Positions 39,337 through 50,027 of a stretch of DNA of 64,000 nt are shown one piece after another (the first letter of the stretch is position 1; each line of letters opens with the position of its first letter). The stretch spans positions 31,999 through 95,998 of the IMG/VR virus record IMGVR_UViG_3300045988_019421; one strand, 5' to 3'. The stretch comes from a virus. Position numbers and translations under genes: made by a program. A model generated the notes under the pieces. The model saw nothing but the letters and a program-made list of their open reading frames with translations. It was not told the DNA's origin and did no database searches.

Positions 39337-41009
39337 GAACAATTAATAATCAACGACCTAAAGCATTTATTGGTGCCGCTATATCTGTTGGTACTCAACT
39401 TATTGGCGGTATTATTGGAGGCGCTAAAAGGCGAAAAGCAGAAAAAGCTGCTAGACTAGAACAAGAACGCCAAGCAAAGTTACAAGCTGCTCAACAACAG
39501 GCTTCCTATATGACTGAAAATGCTGAAAATGATGCTAATGTTTATAAGAATATTAGAAATCAGTTAATGAGAAATGGTGGAAATATCCCCCGTAAAGGAG
39601 TTGCTCCTTTAATTGCCGAAGGTGGTACTGCTATTCCTATTAAGAAAGATTCGTTTCTACTTAAAGGACGTAAACATAATACTGGTGGTATTATAATTGG
39701 TAAAGGCAAGAATAGTATTGAAGCAGAAGGAGAAGAAGTAGTACAAATAACTCCTAAGCAACTTAAAGTGTTTAGTGCTCAACCTATACTTAATGGTAAT
39801 AGTCCTGCTGAATTAGTTCAGAAAGGTGTTGAACCTTCTAAAGTATTTAATGCACAAGAATCATTTAAAGATAGAAATGGTCTTAATGATGATGGTACTA
39901 AAAAGAAAAGAAATATGAGAACAATAACTGGTAAAAAGAAACTAGGTGGTTTGTCTCGTAAGAAAGATTACGGTTCAGATAAGAAACCTTATCCTAGTGT
40001 TAAGTCAAATGATTTTGCAGGTGGTGGACGTAGTTATCCTATTCCTACTAAGGCTGATGCTCGCGATGCTCTTAGATTAGCAGGCTTACATGGTCGTTCT
40101 GATGTAAAAGCCAAAGTATATAAGAAATATCCTGAATTAAAAAATAAGAAAGCTGTATTAGGAATTTTTGGAAGTTTAACTGGTGCTAATCGTAGACTAT
40201 TAGCTCTTAATCAAAATGTTCCTTCTGCCGGTATTACTGCTGGGGTAAAGATTACTAATCCTAGTGCTTCTAGTATTAAGCCGATGAATGTGTCCGCTAA
40301 TAGTGGAAGTAAAGGTTTTAACCTGTTTAAAGGAGTAGATAAAGGAGAAGCTATCAGTACAGGTATTGGAGCTGCTGGAACTTTAATTAGTGGACTACTT
40401 AATAAAGGTAGTATAAATAAAACTTCTGCTCCACAAGTTCCAACTCCTCAATTAGTTGCTCCTGCTAAACTTAAAACTAGTATTAATATAAATCCTCAAT
40501 TATCAGATGTAAGAGAATCTGAACTTAGGCAAAATAAACTAGTTGAAGGAAATACTGCTAGTTCAGTAGCTAGTGTTGCTAGACAACAAAGAATATCTAA
40601 TAATGCTTTAAGTCAAAGAAATAGATTAAGAGGTGAGAAAGAAAATCTTGAAACTCAATTGCAAAATCAAGATGCGATGAATCGTCAACAAGTAGCTTTT
40701 GCAAATGCTCAACAAGTAAATAAAGCTAATAGATTTAATGCTATTTTTAAAGTTCAAACTGCTAATGATAAAATTCAAGCTAACGCTAATAATCGTACTA
40801 ATATAATCGAAGGACTTACTAGTGGAGTTAGAGATTATCAATTAGGTGTAGATAAGAGACGTTCAGAAGAAAATGCTATTGCTGCTATGATGAGTGCTAA
40901 TCCTGAACAAATGGAATTGTTCTTAAAGCTAATGGAAAAGAATAAAGGTAGACTAGGTAATATACGAAGTACTTTATTCAGATGTGGTGGTAAGAAAAAG
41001 ATTGCTTAA
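39333..41009 (+). CDS. Basic, low-complexity protein (possible ejected/cargo protein)
   Basis: 558-aa ORF with an N-terminal hydrophobic/Gly segment, Lys/Arg/Gln-rich coiled coils, and an ATGA overlap with the upstream gene. Confidence 0.55.
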   Translation: MRTINNQRPKAFIGAAISVGTQLIGGIIGGAKRRKAEKAARLEQERQAKLQAAQQQASYMTENAENDANVYKNIRNQLMRNGGNIPRKGVAPLIAEGGTAIPIKKDSFLLKGRKHNTGGIIIGKGKNSIEAEGEEVVQITPKQLKVFSAQPILNGNSPAELVQKGVEPSKVFNAQESFKDRNGLNDDGTKKKRNMRTITGKKKLGGLSRKKDYGSDKKPYPSVKSNDFAGGGRSYPIPTKADARDALRLAGLHGRSDVKAKVYKKYPELKNKKAVLGIFGSLTGANRRLLALNQNVPSAGITAGVKITNPSASSIKPMNVSANSGSKGFNLFKGVDKGEAISTGIGAAGTLISGLLNKGSINKTSAPQVPTPQLVAPAKLKTSININPQLSDVRESELRQNKLVEGNTASSVASVARQQRISNNALSQRNRLRGEKENLETQLQNQDAMNRQQVAFANAQQVNKANRFNAIFKVQTANDKIQANANNRTNIIEGLTSGVRDYQLGVDKRRSEENAIAAMMSANPEQMELFLKLMEKNKGRLGNIRSTLFRCGGKKKIA

Positions 41010-41026
41010 TTATAAATACTATAACT

Positions 41027-43795
41027 ATGCCGATAGATATTAAAACAGCAGGTTATCAAAAGAGGGAGCGGGTTGCCGCTCCTTTAGATGTTTACAATAG
41101 TACGTTAAATACTCTTCAACAGAAACATGATACTGCTATTGAAACTAGTAATCAGATTAAAACATTTCTTGCTAATAAGCAATTAAATGAAGCTGAAAAT
41201 GAATGGCTCGATAACTATTCGAGAGATATTAATGCTCAAATAGAAGCTAGTGCACAAGACGGAAGTTATGCCACTGCTTTAACTGCTGCTAAAAGATTAG
41301 CAGGAGAAGTAGCTAGTAATCCCGGTCTTATTGGTCGTGAGCGTTATCAACAAGAATTTAAGAAGTTCCAAGACGAAGTTACTAATAGCAATGATTATGA
41401 TGGAGATGTTAAGGCTTATACATTGGAACAGAATAAATATAATTATAAAGACCAAGTAGATGAAACAGGTAAAGTAATAGGTGGCAATCAATTCCAACCT
41501 AATTATCGTCCTGTTGAACAAGTAGATTATAATGCTTTGTATCAAAAAGTATTATCTACTGTTGGTGTTGATTCTAGTTCTGGTGAACAACTAGTATGGG
41601 GAGATGCAGAAGGTAATCTTAAAGATGGTCAAGGTAATATTGTTGCTGGTGATGTTCCTTATCTTAAAACAGCTAGTGGTATTCAACAATTATCAGCAGA
41701 TAAGATTCGTGCTGCATTTGAATCTGCTTTGAATGAAACTCCGGGTGCTCGTGCTTCTCTTGAACAAGACTATAAAGTTAATGTTTGGAAAGCTAATAAG
41801 GGAAATAAGAACAATACTGTTACTAGACCTGATGGTACTATCATGTCACAGAAAGAGTTTGAAGAGAACTTATTTGCACCTAGATATGCTGCTTCTGCTT
41901 ATCGTAGAGTTGAAAGTAGAATTAATCCTGAATTAGGATTTAATATATTAGCTGCTGCTCGTAAAGCTGCTGCTAAACCTAAGACTGGTAAAGAACCTGA
42001 TTTACTTCCTTCTTTGGCTACAATTGGTGGTAAAGAAAAAGTAGAACCTGATACTCCTGCTAAAGTACAATCTCAATTAAATACTCTTAATGGACAATTA
42101 TCTAATATGTTTTCTTCTTATGGAATATCTAAATCTCTTCCTTTAGATGAAGCATATAGTAAACTACGTTCAGGTATTGCTAATAATATAACTTTATCTG
42201 ATACTGCTAAGAAACAATTATTGGATGAAGCTAATACCTATTATAGAGGTATAGCTAATGCTAATAATCGTTTAGATGCAATGAAAGGACATCTTACACA
42301 AGAAGAACAATATGCTTCGGAGTTCTTAGGTAAGAGACTAAGTAATGGAGATATGGCTGATACTAATAATCCTATGCAACTAGAATATGCTAATAGAATG
42401 AATAAGTTATTTACTGATTCTAAAGGCAATAGTTTTGATACAGTTCTAGTTAATCCTCTTAATGATAGTAGCAAGGCTGCTATTATATCTAAACTTAGAA
42501 CAGATATGGGATTGACTAATCAAGATGTGTCGTTTAGTAAAATAGGAGATAAAGAATATATTCGTATTAGTAAAGACGCTTATATTCGTTTAGCTCCTGA
42601 AATAGCAGATGTTCTTAAACTTAGTCCCGTAGGATTTACTACTGGTAATAATGCTCCTGAAAAATTTACTAGAAACGATGAAGTTTTCTATGGAAATAAA
42701 GTATATGGTAGTTTAACTACTATGGGTATTGCAGGTTTTAGAGCAATAGGACGAGGTGAAATAACTACTGCTAAGAGTACTAAAGATTCTCCTGCTTACG
42801 TATATGAAAAAGCTGCACAAATGTCTAATGCTGCAACTAAACGTATATCTAAATCATTACCACCTAGTTATGTTGATGTTAATGTATTTGACTTACCACC
42901 TCATGTAGTTGCTACTGGTCAAGGATTAGAAGATGACCAATTAAAGAACTACAATGAAAGAGTAATGAATATGATTAGTATTGCTAATCCTGGAAGTATT
43001 GTTATTAAGAAACGTAATGCCGAAGGAGTTCTTGAACCTGTTGAAGATAGTAGAGAACGTGATGCTATTATGCAAACTATTCAAGCACAAGTTAAGAAGA
43101 AAAACATTAATAATGGCTGGTGCTCATCATCTTCTACGGGGGAATATGGAGTATTCTTAAATATTCCTTATACTCCTAAGACTGGAAAGAATAGTGCTAA
43201 GAACCCTGATTCTGAAATGGAAGAGAGAATACAAAATGCAGTAGCTGGAGATTACATGATTACAGGTGCTATTCTTAATGATGAAATAGAAAGATTCAAA
43301 TCTCTACCTGCTGTTAAAGCAATGGACACTCTTAATTCTATTAAATATAATAATGCACTTAAAAGAAATTATCGTTTATCTGATGCTGAATTTGGAGATG
43401 GAACATGTTCTGCTGTTACTGATGGCGGTAGTTTCTATCAGATATTAGACGCTAATGATGAACCGGTAATTAAGATTACAGAAGGTGAGTTATTTCAACG
43501 TATGTTTCAGAATAATCAAGCTAATGCTATTCTTGCACCTGTTAAAGAGGATATAAATCTTATTAGTACAAGAAACGGTTCTATTGCAAATTCCCCCATA
43601 GAGGAGCAGCAAGTTATTGCTCGTCCTCTCATGCAGAAAGCTATGATTATGGCAGGTGCTACTGGTAATCTTAGAGAACTAGATATTGATACTAAGAGAC
43701 AAGTATTCCAGTTCTTTAATAGAATGTATTCAGGACTTACTGGTGAATCCCCTAGTCAAGTGATACTTAATCAAATGAACGATTTAATGAACTAA
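41027..43795 (+). CDS. 922-aa hypothetical virion protein (possible cargo protein)
   Basis: Large ORF upstream of the two giant ORFs. It contains both an SSSTGE site (43131) and an SPIEEQQV site (43592). Confidence 0.6.
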   Translation: MPIDIKTAGYQKRERVAAPLDVYNSTLNTLQQKHDTAIETSNQIKTFLANKQLNEAENEWLDNYSRDINAQIEASAQDGSYATALTAAKRLAGEVASNPGLIGRERYQQEFKKFQDEVTNSNDYDGDVKAYTLEQNKYNYKDQVDETGKVIGGNQFQPNYRPVEQVDYNALYQKVLSTVGVDSSSGEQLVWGDAEGNLKDGQGNIVAGDVPYLKTASGIQQLSADKIRAAFESALNETPGARASLEQDYKVNVWKANKGNKNNTVTRPDGTIMSQKEFEENLFAPRYAASAYRRVESRINPELGFNILAAARKAAAKPKTGKEPDLLPSLATIGGKEKVEPDTPAKVQSQLNTLNGQLSNMFSSYGISKSLPLDEAYSKLRSGIANNITLSDTAKKQLLDEANTYYRGIANANNRLDAMKGHLTQEEQYASEFLGKRLSNGDMADTNNPMQLEYANRMNKLFTDSKGNSFDTVLVNPLNDSSKAAIISKLRTDMGLTNQDVSFSKIGDKEYIRISKDAYIRLAPEIADVLKLSPVGFTTGNNAPEKFTRNDEVFYGNKVYGSLTTMGIAGFRAIGRGEITTAKSTKDSPAYVYEKAAQMSNAATKRISKSLPPSYVDVNVFDLPPHVVATGQGLEDDQLKNYNERVMNMISIANPGSIVIKKRNAEGVLEPVEDSRERDAIMQTIQAQVKKKNINNGWCSSSSTGEYGVFLNIPYTPKTGKNSAKNPDSEMEERIQNAVAGDYMITGAILNDEIERFKSLPAVKAMDTLNSIKYNNALKRNYRLSDAEFGDGTCSAVTDGGSFYQILDANDEPVIKITEGELFQRMFQNNQANAILAPVKEDINLISTRNGSIANSPIEEQQVIARPLMQKAMIMAGATGNLRELDIDTKRQVFQFFNRMYSGLTGESPSQVILNQMNDLMN

Positions 43796-43798
43796 GTT

Positions 43799-46700
43799 AT
43801 GCCAAATATATTTGATGATATATCAGTAGAAAAAGCTCCACTAACTAGTGGGGCTAATTCTGTTAATATGGCTAATGATGTTCCTACTGTTACTAAATAT
43901 AAACCTGATGTTGCTGCACAGGGCGACTTTATGTTTCGTAATCTTACAGGTAAAGAAGTGTTTACTGGTACAGAGGAAGATTATCATTCATTAGCTAAGT
44001 ATGGTGCTGAACCTAATAGATATCAAAGTAGAGAAGAATTAGAAACTCTACGTGCTAAGAATCAATCAGCTTGGAAACAGGCAGGTAATGCTTTAGGACA
44101 AACTATTGGTACTGTTATTGGTGATACTGTTGGAGGTATGGGTATGCTAATAGATTTAGCTACTGCCGGATTATGGGATGATAAACCTTTTAGTAATCCT
44201 ATTACAAGAGCTGGTGATACTATATCTGATTATGTTCGTGACGATTTATTTCCTATATATCGTGAGAACCCTGATAAAGCATTTGATATGAATGACTTTT
44301 CAGGTTGGTTTTTTAGTCAAGTTCCTAGTATTGCTAGTTCTCTGTCTTTAATGATTCCTGGCACTCTTCTAACTAAAGGAGTTGGAGCTGTTGGTAAAGG
44401 AGTTGCAGCATTAGGACGTAGTAGTTCTAAAGTAAGTCGTGCAATGAATTGGGCAAAAAAGGCTACTAAATTAGATAATGTATATCGTGCTAATAGATTA
44501 AAGATATTAGCTAATGACGGTATTACAGCTATTGGTATGCGTTTAGGTGAGAATTATCAAGAAGCTCGTGGTGTTGCAGAACAGATAGAAGGTGAAGCAT
44601 TGTCTCTATTTACTGGAATGTCTGACGAAGAGTTTCAGAATTGGTTAGATAATAATCCCGATATTGCAAATGAGACTAAAGGTAGAACTAAAGAAGAAGC
44701 CGCTCTTATAGTTGCAGATAAGGCAGCTATGCGTAACTTTGGTTATAACGCAGGTAACGTATTCTTTGATTTCATGCAGTTACGTGCTGTTAATAAAGCA
44801 ATAGGACAAGTCAATCGTGCTATTACTCCACGTATTCGTTATTCACAGAATCAAGCTCTTGATAGAATAGCTTCTACTGGAATTGAATCTACTAGTCAAA
44901 CACTTGGACAGGCAGCTAAAGGAACTATTAAAGATTTCGCAGGAAAGATAAATAGACTTATTAATTCTAGTGAGAATCTTTTGTTATCTGAATTATCAGA
45001 AGGTATTGAAGAAGCAATAAACTACGTAGGTCAAGAAGAAGGTATTTTATACGGTCGTTATTTATTAGGTCAAGCTGGACAATATAATGGCGCTGTTTCT
45101 ATGGATAGAATAGAGAAGTACTTACAGAATCCTCAATTATATAATGCTGCACTTTGGGGAGTTATTGGCGGTATTACTTTTGGCGGTACTATGTCAGCCA
45201 TTAATAATCGTAAAGGTGGTAATGTAGAAGAGAAACAACGTATTGCTGAAATAAATGGTCGTGAACAGGTATTCAATGAGTATGCTCGTCAAATGCAGAT
45301 TATTGATAATGGTGAAAATCCATATCAAATAGAACGTGATGCTAATGGTAATCCTATTACTTATTTAGATGACGGTACTGTTAGTCAAGACCCAACAGTT
45401 GGTACTACTCGTTATGCTAAGATTAGTCCCGAAGAACAAGAAGATTTACGTGCTGCTGCTAAAGAGAAGTTTACTACTACTCTTACTTTAAATGCTATTC
45501 GTTCAGGTAATTATGAACTACTTGAAGATTATATTGAAGACCCTAGACTAAAGAAGAAACTAGTTGATTCAGGTCTTGTAGATGATGCTGAATACGATAG
45601 AGATACGCAAGAATTAAAGAAAACTATGCGTACTGTTCTTGATAGATACGTTAATTATTCTACTGCATTACGAAGTGCTAATATTGATGATGCTTTACTA
45701 GATGTTGCTATATCAGAGAATATAGTTAATGCACAAGAAGCGGACTTATTAAATAAACGAGTAGAAAGACTTAATACTATTCAATCTCAATTAGAGAATA
45801 GCATACCGGCTATTAATGAAGTTCTTGACCCAATGGCTAAGAATCGTATGCAATTAGGTATATTAGAACAGTATCGTAGAGAAGTAATGTCTACTTATAA
45901 TAGTTTAAAGAATAGTAAAAATCCTTTAGATAGAGCACAAGCTAGTCAATATCTTGATTTATCACGAGTAATCGAATCTAAGGTTACAGACTTACGAAGA
46001 GGTTTAAGTCCTATGGAAAGTTTGTTCCTAGATAATGTTCGTAGTGTAGAGAATATTGCATTAGGAATAGAAGGTAGCGAAGAACAGAATAACTTAATCA
46101 AGAAACAAATAGAAGAACTTGATGAAAATGATGTGGCTCTGTTTAAACAGGCAGGTAAAGACTTTAGTCTCGGTACTCTTGCTAAACAAGTTCGTAATAT
46201 TAATTCAGAGTATATGGATAATATGGGACAGATACTTCTTGATGAAATTCGTAGAGATAATTATCGTTCTCGTATTATTACTACTAATGAACAAGCTAAG
46301 GAATTTGAAGATACTCGTAAGAAAGAATTAGAAGATGCAGCTAAGAATCTAGTTAAGTCAGCAAAGAAGAATCTTAATGACTTTGTTAATATGGCTAATG
46401 AAGAAGAGCTTGGTAATCTTGAGAAAGCACTAGATAATGCGTTTACTGATGAAGAAAGTCAGAATACTAGCAATAAGAGTTTATCTAATGCTGTTAGTAT
46501 TTTAACTAATTCAGAGAATGGTAAGAAAGATATAGCGTCTTTAAGAGAAGCTATTACTAAGAGAAGAAATAGTCTTGCTGCACAAAGTCAGGCACAGCAA
46601 CAGAATGGGAATAATCAGCGACAAGACTCCTCTACGGGGGAAGCGAGGAGCGAAGCGACGAGGCAAGAAGAACCAGAGGTTAAGCCTATTCCAAAACCTA

Positions 46701-49700
46701 AACCAAAGACTGCTAAAGAGAAGAAGTTAAAAGAGACATTAGATAAAGTAGTATCTAAAGCTAATTCAGGTGTTGTAAATAAAGCTAATATTAATAACTT
46801 AGAATTTACAATAGTAAAACCTTTTGCTAGTTTAGGAGATGTTAGTAGAAAACCAGTTAAAGTAAGTGCAATAGATGTACGTGTTAGTAAATTTGGCAAT
46901 GTTAGTATTGATGGAATGGATACCAAAGGTAATATCATTGCTGATGTTACTATTGATGAACTAAATGCCGCTATTGCTATCGGAGATATTACTTATGTAG
47001 ATACTAGTAAATCTGATGAATCTGCTCCTGCCGATACTAACGTTCTTGAATCATCTATATCTGATAATGACTTAGAAGGTCAACGCCAACGTATAGAAGA
47101 AATAAATCTAATTATAGATTTATATAATCAGATACAAGGTAATCAGATAGAAGGTAAGACATTTACTAGTCTTAATGATATGATGGTTTATTTACAACAG
47201 TTGAATCCTAAAGCTGTTAATTTGTATAATGATATTAAGATTCTAGCTAATCGTCAAATAGTAGATGGTAAGATAGTTAATGTTGATGAAGAGATTAAAA
47301 CTCCTTCTGATATTATACAAGAAGCAAGTAAGACTTTAGATAAAGCTATTGCAGAGAATAAACAGAATACTAAAGATAATGGTTACTTCTTTAATTTAGT
47401 TAATTTAAATGATAGTAAGGTTTACTCTCGTATCGGTCAGTTAAAGACTAATAATACAGTAAATGTAGAACTAGATGAAAATGGTAATCTTATTGTTAAG
47501 TCTCGTGGAATTAAGATAGGTGAGTTCCCTAAGATTGGTTATAATAATGGTAATGTTGAAGTTATGAATCAAGGTTGGAGATATACTGTTAAGAACGATA
47601 GTATAGATTTCATAACTCAACTTCAATCTATTATTGCTAGCGAAGAACCTGCTGCTAAAGAATTTGTACAACTACTTAATAATATACGTCGTCTATATCG
47701 TGTTCGTAATAATCCCGAAGTTGAGGGAACATTTGGACATCAGCTTAATGCTTTACAAGAGAATGTTTATTGGAAGAATCTAACTAGTTTGTTTGGTGAT
47801 ACTCAAACTAATCTATTAGATAGGATTAAACATCTTAATAATATTATATTCTTTAATAATGCTCTTAATGTTAATCAGTCTAACTTTAGTACCATTGTTA
47901 ATGAATCGTTGACTAATTGGATGAATAAACTCAAGAAGTCTTATATTGACATTAATAACTTAAAGTCCTCTATTAGTAATACTAAATCTAAAAAGAAACG
48001 TTTAGTTGTTGGTCGTACAAGTTCAGGTAGTGTTATTTATGCTAGAGATAAACAAGGTAATCCTATATATCGTAAGTTCGGAGATGTAGCTACTAGTGAA
48101 GCTACTGACGGTTATCGTCTAATAGTAGGAGTTGATGGAGGAGTTGCTGATATTAAATCTAATAGTATTATTGCCGCTAGTCGTATTCCTAGAGGTGTGG
48201 TTGGTATGACTATTAAAGATTCAGAAGGTAGACTTATCGCTGTTACTAGTCGTGAGAATACTATGAGTAATAGTGAAACAGAAGCTACTGAATACACTAA
48301 GAGGTTTAATGAAGGATTAGATAAGTTATTCCATTCATTAGTAGATGCTACTCTGCAAGGAAATACTGACTTACATCAACAACTATTAGATGAAATATCT
48401 AAGTATGTAGGTAAACAAAAAGCTCTTTATGGTTATGAAGTTGTAGGTCGTGCATTTCGTCCTCTTAATAAGATTGGAGCTACTATTTACTTTAACGTTG
48501 CTGATAGAAATGTAGCATTTGCTATACCTGGTGAAACTAAACCTAGAAGACTTATGGCTCGTATGCCTAATGGTTTTGTTCCTACTAATAATCATGGTAA
48601 CTTTAGCACTATGATGGAAGGAGTATATGCTACACTAACTCGTAATGTTATTAATTCAGCTATTCGTGGTGAATCTAATTTATTTAGAATAGTAGACGGT
48701 AAACTACAAGCTAAGATACCTAATATACTTCAAGATGAATGGATGGACACAGGTTACAGTAGTTATGAAGAGTTCGTAGCTAAAGACGGAGTATTAGTTA
48801 CAGACTTAGGTAATGTTACTGACAGTAAAGGCAATATTATTAGTAACTTTAATTATGTAGGAGATGTATATAATCGTAATATTACTCTTATGAATCCTAG
48901 TCGTAGTGCTGGTCGTACTAACGCGGCTGACGCCGCTGTTTCCCCCATAGAGGAGCAACAAGTTGTATCTCCTGTTGCTACTCCTGACCCACTTGCTAGT
49001 CAAGATAGTGCTCCTCAAGTAGGTACTCTTATGGAAGTTGCGCAAGCTAATACTAGTAATCCTAATCTATTATCTGTTATTTCGGCATTAGAATCTGCTG
49101 GCATTGCTCTTAATCCTGATATTGAAATAGTAGGTGAAAAAGGTAGATTTGCAGGAATAGTTGCTGGTGGTAATACTATTACTCTTACTAATAGATTCGA
49201 TACTCTTGAACCTGAACGTAAAGTACTTACTCTTATACATGAAGGTGTTCACTATCTACTTAATGATGAACGTGCTAATATAGAGCAATCATTTGGTGAC
49301 CTATATGATAAGTTTAGTAGTTTTATTAATCAGGATTCTGCTTTAGTAGAAGAATACGGAAGATTCTTAAATAGTGATAAACCTAGAAGCGTAGCTATTG
49401 AGGAATTTGTAGTTGAAGCTATTACTAATCGTACATTTGCTAGATTACTTGCTAGGATTAAATATGATTCTAAAACTAATACTGAATCTAATAATCTATT
49501 TACTAAGATTGTTGATGCTCTAGTAGAGATTATAGGTAAAGTTGGTAATATAGATAATACATTACTTGGTGAAGTTCGTAATCGTTTATCTACTATTGGA
49601 TTAGAAACATCTGATACAGCTAGCACTACAAGTACTGTTCACGACGATGTATTTGATAGAGCAGAAGAAGATACAGGAGTTCCTACTAATGATGTTTTTG

Positions 49701-49858
49701 ATATTCCTGATATAGACCTAGACTTAGATAGTGCTATAAGTGATAACTATCGACAAGTCGATAACTTCGATAGTTTAGTGAAAGGTTTGAATAACCGTCA
49801 GAAGGCTATTGTGAGCCATTTGTTTGACACTGGTGAGCTTAGTTTTGTATGTAGCTAA
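43799..49858 (+). CDS. 2019-aa giant virion protein with a C-terminal HExxH (zincin-like) motif
   Basis: In-frame CAT GAA GGT GTT CAC (HEGVH) at 49238-49252 within VLTLIHEGVHYLLNDE. Long coiled-coil middle region and N-terminal hydrophobic segments. Confidence 0.6.
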   Translation: MPNIFDDISVEKAPLTSGANSVNMANDVPTVTKYKPDVAAQGDFMFRNLTGKEVFTGTEEDYHSLAKYGAEPNRYQSREELETLRAKNQSAWKQAGNALGQTIGTVIGDTVGGMGMLIDLATAGLWDDKPFSNPITRAGDTISDYVRDDLFPIYRENPDKAFDMNDFSGWFFSQVPSIASSLSLMIPGTLLTKGVGAVGKGVAALGRSSSKVSRAMNWAKKATKLDNVYRANRLKILANDGITAIGMRLGENYQEARGVAEQIEGEALSLFTGMSDEEFQNWLDNNPDIANETKGRTKEEAALIVADKAAMRNFGYNAGNVFFDFMQLRAVNKAIGQVNRAITPRIRYSQNQALDRIASTGIESTSQTLGQAAKGTIKDFAGKINRLINSSENLLLSELSEGIEEAINYVGQEEGILYGRYLLGQAGQYNGAVSMDRIEKYLQNPQLYNAALWGVIGGITFGGTMSAINNRKGGNVEEKQRIAEINGREQVFNEYARQMQIIDNGENPYQIERDANGNPITYLDDGTVSQDPTVGTTRYAKISPEEQEDLRAAAKEKFTTTLTLNAIRSGNYELLEDYIEDPRLKKKLVDSGLVDDAEYDRDTQELKKTMRTVLDRYVNYSTALRSANIDDALLDVAISENIVNAQEADLLNKRVERLNTIQSQLENSIPAINEVLDPMAKNRMQLGILEQYRREVMSTYNSLKNSKNPLDRAQASQYLDLSRVIESKVTDLRRGLSPMESLFLDNVRSVENIALGIEGSEEQNNLIKKQIEELDENDVALFKQAGKDFSLGTLAKQVRNINSEYMDNMGQILLDEIRRDNYRSRIITTNEQAKEFEDTRKKELEDAAKNLVKSAKKNLNDFVNMANEEELGNLEKALDNAFTDEESQNTSNKSLSNAVSILTNSENGKKDIASLREAITKRRNSLAAQSQAQQQNGNNQRQDSSTGEARSEATRQEEPEVKPIPKPKPKTAKEKKLKETLDKVVSKANSGVVNKANINNLEFTIVKPFASLGDVSRKPVKVSAIDVRVSKFGNVSIDGMDTKGNIIADVTIDELNAAIAIGDITYVDTSKSDESAPADTNVLESSISDNDLEGQRQRIEEINLIIDLYNQIQGNQIEGKTFTSLNDMMVYLQQLNPKAVNLYNDIKILANRQIVDGKIVNVDEEIKTPSDIIQEASKTLDKAIAENKQNTKDNGYFFNLVNLNDSKVYSRIGQLKTNNTVNVELDENGNLIVKSRGIKIGEFPKIGYNNGNVEVMNQGWRYTVKNDSIDFITQLQSIIASEEPAAKEFVQLLNNIRRLYRVRNNPEVEGTFGHQLNALQENVYWKNLTSLFGDTQTNLLDRIKHLNNIIFFNNALNVNQSNFSTIVNESLTNWMNKLKKSYIDINNLKSSISNTKSKKKRLVVGRTSSGSVIYARDKQGNPIYRKFGDVATSEATDGYRLIVGVDGGVADIKSNSIIAASRIPRGVVGMTIKDSEGRLIAVTSRENTMSNSETEATEYTKRFNEGLDKLFHSLVDATLQGNTDLHQQLLDEISKYVGKQKALYGYEVVGRAFRPLNKIGATIYFNVADRNVAFAIPGETKPRRLMARMPNGFVPTNNHGNFSTMMEGVYATLTRNVINSAIRGESNLFRIVDGKLQAKIPNILQDEWMDTGYSSYEEFVAKDGVLVTDLGNVTDSKGNIISNFNYVGDVYNRNITLMNPSRSAGRTNAADAAVSPIEEQQVVSPVATPDPLASQDSAPQVGTLMEVAQANTSNPNLLSVISALESAGIALNPDIEIVGEKGRFAGIVAGGNTITLTNRFDTLEPERKVLTLIHEGVHYLLNDERANIEQSFGDLYDKFSSFINQDSALVEEYGRFLNSDKPRSVAIEEFVVEAITNRTFARLLARIKYDSKTNTESNNLFTKIVDALVEIIGKVGNIDNTLLGEVRNRLSTIGLETSDTASTTSTVHDDVFDRAEEDTGVPTNDVFDIPDIDLDLDSAISDNYRQVDNFDSLVKGLNNRQKAIVSHLFDTGELSFVCS

Positions 49859-49878
49859 TTAAGATAAGCCTAGAGACG

Positions 49879-49940
49879 AAAGTCCCGTAGAAAGCCTAAG
49901 AATGAGCCATTCTAAAGCCGCCTACGGGACTTTTCTGTTT
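49879..49940 (+). terminator. Long stem-loop plus U-tract (probable terminator/structured RNA)
   Basis: AAAGTCCCGTAG (49879-49890) pairs with CTACGGGACTTT (49922-49933). The 31-nt loop carries an inner hairpin GAATG-AGC-CATTC. It is followed by TCTGTTTT. Confidence 0.55.
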
Positions 49941-50027
49941 TCCCTATCTTACTATCGAGACGCTATATAAAATGCGAATTTCGGCAGAATTTTGCGGTCT
50001 ACGGGCGTCCGTCAGCCTTCGGAACGT

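Noticed and set aside
5324-50027. Group I/II introns or inteins interrupting genes at the GC-rich islands.
   Set aside because: The flanking ORFs are complete and unrelated genes with their own stops and starts. The islands (170-350 nt) are short, and I could not identify conserved intron core pairings.
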